Source: an uncultured Gammaproteobacteria bacterium
GTDB lineage: Bacteria; Patescibacteriota; Patescibacteriia; UBA2591; UBA6264
DNA length: 6,398 bases
Assembly (NCBI GenBank): GCA_964617525.1
Contig: CAZTWG010000037.1
Span: forward strand, 1 to 6,398
Direction: 5' to 3'
The stretch's first letter is position 1; the number at the start of each line of letters is the position of its first letter. Below the pieces are notes generated by a model that was not told the origin of the DNA, did no database searches, and was given only the letters and a program-made list of their open reading frames with translations. Of the stretch, positions 1-4,709 are shown one piece after another. The translations under genes and the position numbers were made by a program.

Positions 1-20
1 CGAGCTCCTAAACTTTTAAT

Positions 21-44
21 CTTGCCTTATTTTTTTTATTTGTT
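21..44 (+). repeat. 24-bp exact direct repeat, copy 1 (CTTGCCTTATTTTTTTTATTTGTT); copy 2 is at 881-904
   Basis: Read directly from the sequence. Positions 21-44 are identical to 881-904. The flanking bases differ immediately on both sides (t/a on the left, ctgac/aaaat on the right), so the repeat has sharp edges. Confidence 0.9.
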
Positions 45-58
45 CTGACTGACCTCTG

Positions 59-83
59 ACTGACTCGTGAGTCAGTTATTTTT
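59..83 (+). terminator. Candidate rho-independent terminator for an upstream + strand gene lying off-window
   Basis: ACTGACTC (59-66) pairs with GAGTCAGT (69-76), realistically as a 7-bp stem with a CGTG loop. It is followed by TATTTTT (77-83). The stem is short and the U-tract is interrupted, so support is moderate only. Confidence 0.45.
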
Positions 84-84
84 C

Positions 85-113
85 TTGACAAATGCACTTA
101 AATTTGCTTTACT
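85..113 (+). promoter_or_regulatory. Candidate sigma70-type promoter for the DUF218 gene
   Basis: There is a perfect -35 TTGACA at 85-90. A 17-bp spacer leads to TGc (105-107) plus TTTACT (108-113), which reads as an extended -10 with a weak hexamer. An alternative pairing is TTTGCT (103-108) with TAAAAT (125-130). AT-rich DNA produces many such matches. Confidence 0.35.
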
Positions 114-172
114 TATTATAAGGATAAAATAAAGTTAGTTACTTATTATTTTATTCTAAAAAATCTTTGACA

Positions 173-178
173 AGGAGG
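173..178 (+). promoter_or_regulatory. Shine-Dalgarno site AGGAGG for the DUF218 gene
   Basis: AGGAGG lies 4 nt upstream of the ATG at 183. It is the only canonical SD I can see in front of any gene in this window. Confidence 0.8.
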
Positions 179-182
179 AAAA

Positions 183-752
183 ATGAAAATCGTTGCCATA
201 CCGTCTTGTAGAATAGGTTACGATGTCTCGTCCAACGGGACATGGATAGTGAAACAAAATAATTTGACACCAGTTGACACTAAGATTCGTTGTGACGAAG
301 GTGCTAAGTTGTTTGAAAGAGAAGAAGCGGACATCATTTTTTGTATGGGAGGAATATTTTTGCCAGCGAATTTGCAGACAAAGCCTGCGTCAGAACTAAT
401 GAAAAATTATTTGGTTTCCTGCTACGACATTCCTTCTGAAAAAATCTGGACAGAGAAAGAATCTCTTGATTCATGGCAGAATATAGAAATGATGATTAAA
501 GTTTTGAAACAAAATAGTGTTGGAATTAAGGAAACTGAAATCATCATTGTCTCTCATTGGACGCATACTCTCAGGTTAAAAAGGATTTTACGTTATAATG
601 GTTTTCGTAAAATTCGAAGACTTGGTTTATGTTATCATATTGGTTGGCGAATGTATCTTTCTGAATTTTTGAATAACAGTCTTACTGTTTTAGACCCAGC
701 GGGAAAGTCTGTATGGGTTAAAAAAGAGAGGATGCATCGACAACAATCTTAG
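183..752 (+). CDS. DUF218 (YdcF/SanA/ElyC-like) domain protein of 189 aa with no N-terminal TM segment
   Basis: The ORF has a strong SD and a terminator. Its motif pattern matches what I recall for DUF218: an N-terminal beta strand KIVAIPS, R-x3-A-x-L followed by IIFCMGG, ASELMKNYL, E-x-ESLDSWQN (compare E-x-S-x-NT-x-EN), and IIIVSHWTHTLRLKRIL (compare VTS-x2-H-x2-R). The assignment is by eye only. Confidence 0.7.
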   Translation: MKIVAIPSCRIGYDVSSNGTWIVKQNNLTPVDTKIRCDEGAKLFEREEADIIFCMGGIFLPANLQTKPASELMKNYLVSCYDIPSEKIWTEKESLDSWQNIEMMIKVLKQNSVGIKETEIIIVSHWTHTLRLKRILRYNGFRKIRRLGLCYHIGWRMYLSEFLNNSLTVLDPAGKSVWVKKERMHRQQS

Positions 753-757
753 TAAAC

Positions 758-799
758 ATCGCTATAGTCTAAAAAGACTATAGCGATTTTTCATTTTTT
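758..799 (+). terminator. Strong rho-independent terminator of the DUF218 gene
   Basis: A perfect 13-bp stem forms between ATCGCTATAGTCT (758-770) and AGACTATAGCGAT (775-787) around an AAAA loop. It is followed by TTTTCATTTTTT and sits 6 nt after the TAG stop. There is no T-run on the opposite strand, so it is unidirectional. Confidence 0.85.
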
Positions 800-880
800 G
801 GCGCTACATATTTTTATAAACGAATGGGAACTATTTGTTTATTTTTTGCAAAATATATCGCGCAAACACTGTCGAAAATA

Positions 881-904
881 CTTGCCTTATTTTTTTTATT
901 TGTT
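881..904 (+). repeat. 24-bp exact direct repeat, copy 2 (see 21-44)
   Basis: Identical to 21-44. It overlaps the putative -35 element and spacer of the secD promoter. Confidence 0.9.
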
Positions 905-909
905 AAAAT
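882..909 (+). promoter_or_regulatory. Candidate promoter of the secD-secF-GT-murJ operon
   Basis: The -35-like TTGCCT (882-887) is separated by a 16-bp T-rich spacer from the -10-like TAAAAT (904-909), which lies 39 nt upstream of the secD ATG. It follows the upstream terminator, and a promoter is needed in this position. Other AT-rich hexamers nearby are possible alternatives. Confidence 0.4.
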
Positions 910-947
910 ATTAAAATAATTTTTAAATATTAAATTTTTTTATTGAT

Positions 948-2570
948 ATGAATCGTAATAAAGTCTGGCTTACTTTTGTTCTAGTTATAGTATTTACTCT
1001 TTTAGCCTTATTAGTTGATATTCCTCAGGTCCCAGATTGGGTTCCTGGCCATCAATGGTTCTCTAAGCACAAAGTTCATTTGGGTTTGGACTTGCAAGGA
1101 GGCACCCAGTTAATATATAGAACAGATACTAGCGATATTCCGTTAAAAGAAAAGGTTTCTGCAGTGGAGGGTGCTCGTAATGTTATTGAACGTAGGGTAA
1201 ATATTTTTGGTGTTACTGAACCAACAGTTCAAACTGCTAAACTAGAAGACGAATGGAATCTAATTATTGAATTGCCCGGAATTGAGGACGTTCATTCTGC
1301 GGTGAATATGATTGGAGAAACTCCAATATTGGAATTTAAAGAACAAGCTCCTCCTCACGAACTAAGTCAATCAGAAAAAGATGCGATTGCGGAATATAAT
1401 TCGGAAGCGAAAAAAAGAGCACAAGACATTCTAGAAAAGGCCTTAGCTAAAGATGCTGATTTTTCACTTTTAGCTCAAGAGTATTCGGAAGACCCAAATT
1501 CTAGCCCTGATGGTGGAAATTTAGGATGGTTCTCAAGAGGGACGATGATCCCTGAGTTTGAAAAAGTGGTTTTTGAAGATTTATCAGTAGGTCAAATTAC
1601 GCCGGAATTAGTAACCACAAGCATTGGTTACCATATTATTAAAAAAACAGACGAAAAAAAAGATGACCAGGGGAAAGTCACAGAAGTTATGGCTAGTCAT
1701 ATTTTAATTATCACTCAGTCTGAGGAAATGATTAAACAAAATGGACAATGGCAATATACAGGGTTAACCGGCAAACAACTTCAGAGAGCTTCAGTCACCT
1801 TTGATTCGCGAACAGGAGAGCCAGAAGTTTCTTTAGAATTCAACAAAGAAGGAGCAAAGCTTTTTGGAGAAATTACTGGTCGTAATATAAATAAGCCTGT
1901 AGCTATATTTTTAGATAATTATCCTTTAAGTATTCCTATTGTACGAGAAAAAATAACTAGTGGACAGGCAGTTATCAGCGGTAGCTTTAAATTGGCTGAG
2001 GCTAAAGAATTGGCACGTCGTTTGTCGGCTGGAGCATTACCTGTGCCTATTAAATTGATTGGACAACAGAATATTGGCCCTAGCTTAGGCAAGACGTCAG
2101 TAGAGAAGAGCATTATCGCAGGACTTTTGGGATTTTTATTGGTAGCCATCTTTATGATTGGTTTCTATAAATGGAGAGGAGTTATAGCAATAGTGGCTTT
2201 GTCAGTTTATGCTTTAATAGTTTTGGCTTTGTATAAATTAATACCAGTTACACTAACCTTAGCGGGCGTGGCTGGTTTTATTATTTCCTTAGGGATGGCA
2301 GTTGATGCTAATATTTTAATATTTGAACGTATTAAAGATGAAAGGCGTTTGGGGAAAGTATTACCTGTTGCTATTGATGATGGCTTTAGGCATGCATGGA
2401 CTGCTATTAGAGATGGAAATATAACTACCATCATTGTTTGTTTTATTCTTTATCAGTTTGGATCAGGATTGGTTAGAGGATTTGGTTTTACTTTAGGATT
2501 AGGAGTTCTTTTGAGTATGTTAACAGCTATTGTTGTTACTAGAACATTTTTAAGAATTACTACTAAATAA
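948..2570 (+). CDS. secD: Protein translocase subunit SecD with an inserted parvulin-type PPIase domain (540 aa)
   Basis: It has an N-terminal TM segment followed by LGLDLQGG, RRVNIFGVTEP-x-VQ, IIELPG and ILEFKE (P1 base motifs). P1-head-like sequence runs from LTGKQL to KPVAIFLDN, SGSF and GALPVPI. The C-terminal TM bundle carries GMAVDANILIFERIKDE and DGNITT. Residues about 133-258 form the extra domain, listed as a separate feature. Confidence 0.95.
   Translation: MNRNKVWLTFVLVIVFTLLALLVDIPQVPDWVPGHQWFSKHKVHLGLDLQGGTQLIYRTDTSDIPLKEKVSAVEGARNVIERRVNIFGVTEPTVQTAKLEDEWNLIIELPGIEDVHSAVNMIGETPILEFKEQAPPHELSQSEKDAIAEYNSEAKKRAQDILEKALAKDADFSLLAQEYSEDPNSSPDGGNLGWFSRGTMIPEFEKVVFEDLSVGQITPELVTTSIGYHIIKKTDEKKDDQGKVTEVMASHILIITQSEEMIKQNGQWQYTGLTGKQLQRASVTFDSRTGEPEVSLEFNKEGAKLFGEITGRNINKPVAIFLDNYPLSIPIVREKITSGQAVISGSFKLAEAKELARRLSAGALPVPIKLIGQQNIGPSLGKTSVEKSIIAGLLGFLLVAIFMIGFYKWRGVIAIVALSVYALIVLALYKLIPVTLTLAGVAGFIISLGMAVDANILIFERIKDERRLGKVLPVAIDDGFRHAWTAIRDGNITTIIVCFILYQFGSGLVRGFGFTLGLGVLLSMLTAIVVTRTFLRITTK
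1344..1721 (+). other. Parvulin/PpiC-type peptidyl-prolyl isomerase domain embedded in the SecD periplasmic P1 loop (about aa 133-258)
   Basis: DADFSLLAQEYSEDPNSSPDGGNLGWFSRGTMIPEFEKVVFEDLSVGQITPELVTTSIGYHIIKK aligns almost residue for residue with E. coli Par10/PpiC and B. subtilis PrsA as I recall them (DFxxLAxxxSxxxxxxxGGxLGxFxxGxMVPxFxxxxF...GYHIIK). The ASHILI strand is also present, but downstream of this block. Confidence 0.85.
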
Positions 2571-2611
2571 ACAATTATGGACGTTCACAGACCTGTCTGC
2601 CGGCAGGTAAC

Positions 2612-2632
2612 AATTAACAATTAACAATCAAC
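2612..2632 (+). promoter_or_regulatory. Three perfect tandem heptamers, AATTAAC AATTAAC AATCAAC, within the G-free leader of secF
   Basis: Read directly from the sequence. The heptamers sit at 2612-2618, 2619-2625 and 2626-2632, ending 5 nt before the secF ATG. There is no G between 2608 and 2639 and no SD. Their function is inferred. Confidence 0.6.
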
Positions 2633-2637
2633 CCTTT

Positions 2638-3513
2638 ATGTTTGACTTTGTTTCACACGGGAAAAAATTTTTACTTATATCAGGTATTTTATTAACAATA
2701 TCAATTTTAGCTTTGTTTGTTTTCGGATTAAAGTTGGGAATTGACTTTAAAGGTGGGTCAATGTTACAAGTTGCGTATCCAGAGTCAAGGCCTGATAGCT
2801 CCGAGATTATTAATCAATTAAATTCTTTAGATTTAGGAGAAATTCATATTCAGTCTACTGGCGCGAAGTCTGTAATTTTAAGGTTCTCCAAAATTAGCGA
2901 GGAACTCCATCAACAGGTTTTGGATAGTCTAGGAGACGTTGAGGAAGAGAGATACGAATCAGTTGGTCCAATTATTGGGAGGGAAGCTTCACGTAAAGCT
3001 ATATATGCTATTGTTTTATCTCTAATTGCTATTGTTCTATATGTTACCTGGGCTTTTAGAAAATTATCTCATGTTTTAAAAGAGGGTGAATCTTGGAGGT
3101 ATGGATTTGGGGCAACTATCGCATTAGCTCATGATGTTTTAATTTTATTGGGATTTTTTGCTATTTTGGGCCATTTCAAGGGAATAGAAATTAATGTTTA
3201 TTTTGTAACAGCTATTTTAACGGTCTTAGGGTATTCGGTGAACGATACTATTGTTATCTACGACCGCATCCGAGAGAATTTTTTACTTCATCGATCTAAA
3301 GATATGATCGGTACGATTAATTTAAGCCTTAACGAGACTGTGACTAGATCATTAAATACATCTTTGACTACTCTTTTTGTGCTTTTAGCGATTTATTTGT
3401 TTGGTGGAGCAGCAACACAAAGCTTTATTTTAGCTATGATGATTGGCGTTATCACTGGTACTTGGTCCTCAATCGCTATCGCTAGTCAGTTTCTTTTATT
3501 TAAAAGGAAATAG
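2638..3513 (+). CDS. secF: Protein translocase subunit SecF (291 aa)
   Basis: The N-terminus has the FDF motif and a TM segment, followed by GIDFKGGS, YSVNDTIVIYDRIREN and a C-terminal TM bundle. It lies immediately downstream of secD. Confidence 0.95.
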   Translation: MFDFVSHGKKFLLISGILLTISILALFVFGLKLGIDFKGGSMLQVAYPESRPDSSEIINQLNSLDLGEIHIQSTGAKSVILRFSKISEELHQQVLDSLGDVEEERYESVGPIIGREASRKAIYAIVLSLIAIVLYVTWAFRKLSHVLKEGESWRYGFGATIALAHDVLILLGFFAILGHFKGIEINVYFVTAILTVLGYSVNDTIVIYDRIRENFLLHRSKDMIGTINLSLNETVTRSLNTSLTTLFVLLAIYLFGGAATQSFILAMMIGVITGTWSSIAIASQFLLFKRK

Positions 3514-3580
3514 TTGGGTGCTCGTGGGCTAGGTAATCAGGATTTATTATAGTTAATTAAATACTTTATCCCAATTGGCT

Positions 3581-3603
3581 AATCAACCAATTAACTAATT
3601 AAC
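3581..3603 (+). promoter_or_regulatory. The same three heptamers, AATCAAC c AATTAAC t AATTAAC, within the G-free leader of the glycosyltransferase gene
   Basis: Read directly from the sequence. The heptamers sit at 3581-3587, 3589-3595 and 3597-3603, ending 8 nt before the ATG at 3612. There is no G between 3579 and 3613 and no SD. Confidence 0.6.
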
Positions 3604-3611
3604 CAACATTT

Positions 3612-4709
3612 ATGCGCGTTGCTTTAGTGCACGATTTTTTAACGCAGTATGGGGGAGGAGAAAAAGTTTTAGAAGCTTTTCATGAAATCTGGCCACAAGC
3701 CCCGATTTTTACTTTATTCTATGATCCTAAAAAGATGAAGGGCAAGTTTAACGATTGTCGCATCAACGTTTCACCTATTCAGAATCTTCCATTTGGTGTC
3801 AAAAAATATCGTTGGTATTTACCACTTATGCCAAGCGCTATTGAACGTTTTAATCTTAGTGAGTTTGATTTAGTTATTTCTGATTGCTCGGCTTATAGCA
3901 AGGGAGTCTTAACTAAGCCTGGCACCATGCATATTTCTTACCTACACACTCCTACTCGCTATCTTTGGTCTGATGCTTACGAATACATTGATTCTTTAAG
4001 GGGTGGAGAGAAGTTAGTTAGTAAATTTTTAGCTCCAATTTTAACACGTTTACGTATTTGGGACCAAATTGCGGCTCAAAGACCTGATTACTTGATTGCT
4101 AATTCTAATTTTATAGCTCAGAGAATTAAGCATTATTACAAAAGGGATAGTGCTGTTATTTATCCACCAGTAGATATTTCAAACTTTAGTATTTCTAATA
4201 AAATTAAAGATTATTATCTAATTATTTCTCGTTTTCGTCCCTACAAGAGAGTGGACTTAGCTATTGAGGCCTTTAATAGACTAAAGATGCCATTAAAAGT
4301 TATCGGAACGGGTGAAGGCAAACTTTTGAAGAAAATAGCAGGTCCTAATATTGAATTTTTGGGCTTTGTCTCTGATAAAGAAAAAGCTAAATATTTATCT
4401 CATTGCAAGGCTTTTATTCATCCCCAAGAAGAAGATTTTGGCATTACTCCAATTGAGGCTATGGCCTCAGGGCGACCAGTTATTGCTTATAAGAAGGGGG
4501 GAGCTTTAGAAACAGTAGTTGATGGTTTGACTGGTAAATTTTTTGAGAATCAGACAGTGGAAGATTTGGCTAATGCAGTGCTTAAGCTTGATTTAAATAA
4601 AATTAATCCTAAAAAAATTCGTGAACATGCTGAAAAATTTAGTAAAAAGCAATTTAAAAAAGATATCAAAAATTTTGTCCAAAAACGGTTAGAAGAAAAT
4701 AGTTTATGA
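3612..4709 (+). CDS. GT-B fold glycosyltransferase, family 4 / group 1 type (365 aa); substrate unknown
   Basis: The N-terminus MRVALVHDFLTQYGGGEKV is typical of the GT4 N-terminal domain. The C-terminal EX7E region is EEDFGITPIEAMASGRPVIAYKKGGALETVVDGLTGKFF. The donor and acceptor cannot be assigned from sequence alone. Confidence 0.88.
   Translation: MRVALVHDFLTQYGGGEKVLEAFHEIWPQAPIFTLFYDPKKMKGKFNDCRINVSPIQNLPFGVKKYRWYLPLMPSAIERFNLSEFDLVISDCSAYSKGVLTKPGTMHISYLHTPTRYLWSDAYEYIDSLRGGEKLVSKFLAPILTRLRIWDQIAAQRPDYLIANSNFIAQRIKHYYKRDSAVIYPPVDISNFSISNKIKDYYLIISRFRPYKRVDLAIEAFNRLKMPLKVIGTGEGKLLKKIAGPNIEFLGFVSDKEKAKYLSHCKAFIHPQEEDFGITPIEAMASGRPVIAYKKGGALETVVDGLTGKFFENQTVEDLANAVLKLDLNKINPKKIREHAEKFSKKQFKKDIKNFVQKRLEENSL

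Noticed and set aside
167-172. A TTGACA hexamer immediately upstream of the DUF218 SD, considered as a -35 element
   Set aside because: It lies only 10 nt before the ATG, so a matching -10 would fall inside the CDS and the transcript would lack the SD and start codon. This is most likely coincidental.
824-919. 31-aa hydrophobic mini-ORF (MGTICLFFAKYIAQTLSKILALFFLFVKILK) in the DUF218-secD intergenic region, running through repeat copy 2
   Set aside because: There is no SD or other initiation signal upstream. The Phe/Leu/Lys richness is what T/A-rich intergenic DNA yields in any frame, and the ORF overlaps the putative secD promoter. A small membrane peptide cannot be strictly excluded without ribosome profiling or conservation data.
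906-934. 10-bp direct repeat AAATATTAAA (906-915 and 925-934) upstream of secD
   Set aside because: This is pure A/T low-complexity sequence in a promoter or leader region, and a repeat of this length and composition is expected by chance here.
1641-1661. A7 (1641-1647) and A8 (1654-1661) homopolymer runs inside secD, considered as phase-variation or programmed frameshift sites
   Set aside because: They encode the in-frame Lys-rich linker IKKTDEKKDD between parvulin strands. The reading frame is intact with homologous sequence on both sides, and A-runs from AAA Lys codons are expected in an AT-rich genome.
1919-2149. 76-aa ORF on the minus strand, antisense to secD
   Set aside because: It lies entirely inside the strongly conserved SecD P1-head/TM region. 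Its translation is low-complexity with no recognisable motif, and I see no RBS or promoter context. It is a typical shadow ORF.
2207-2434. 75-aa ORF on the minus strand, antisense to secD
   Set aside because: It is antisense to the conserved SecD TM bundle (the GMAVDANILIFERIKDE region). It has no recognisable motifs or initiation signals and is a shadow ORF.
2594-2609. The GC-rich hairpin after secD, considered as an intrinsic terminator
   Set aside because: No U-tract follows; the downstream sequence is AACAATTAAC and so on. The stem is short, and secF lacks any obvious promoter of its own. It is retained only as a low-interest structural observation.
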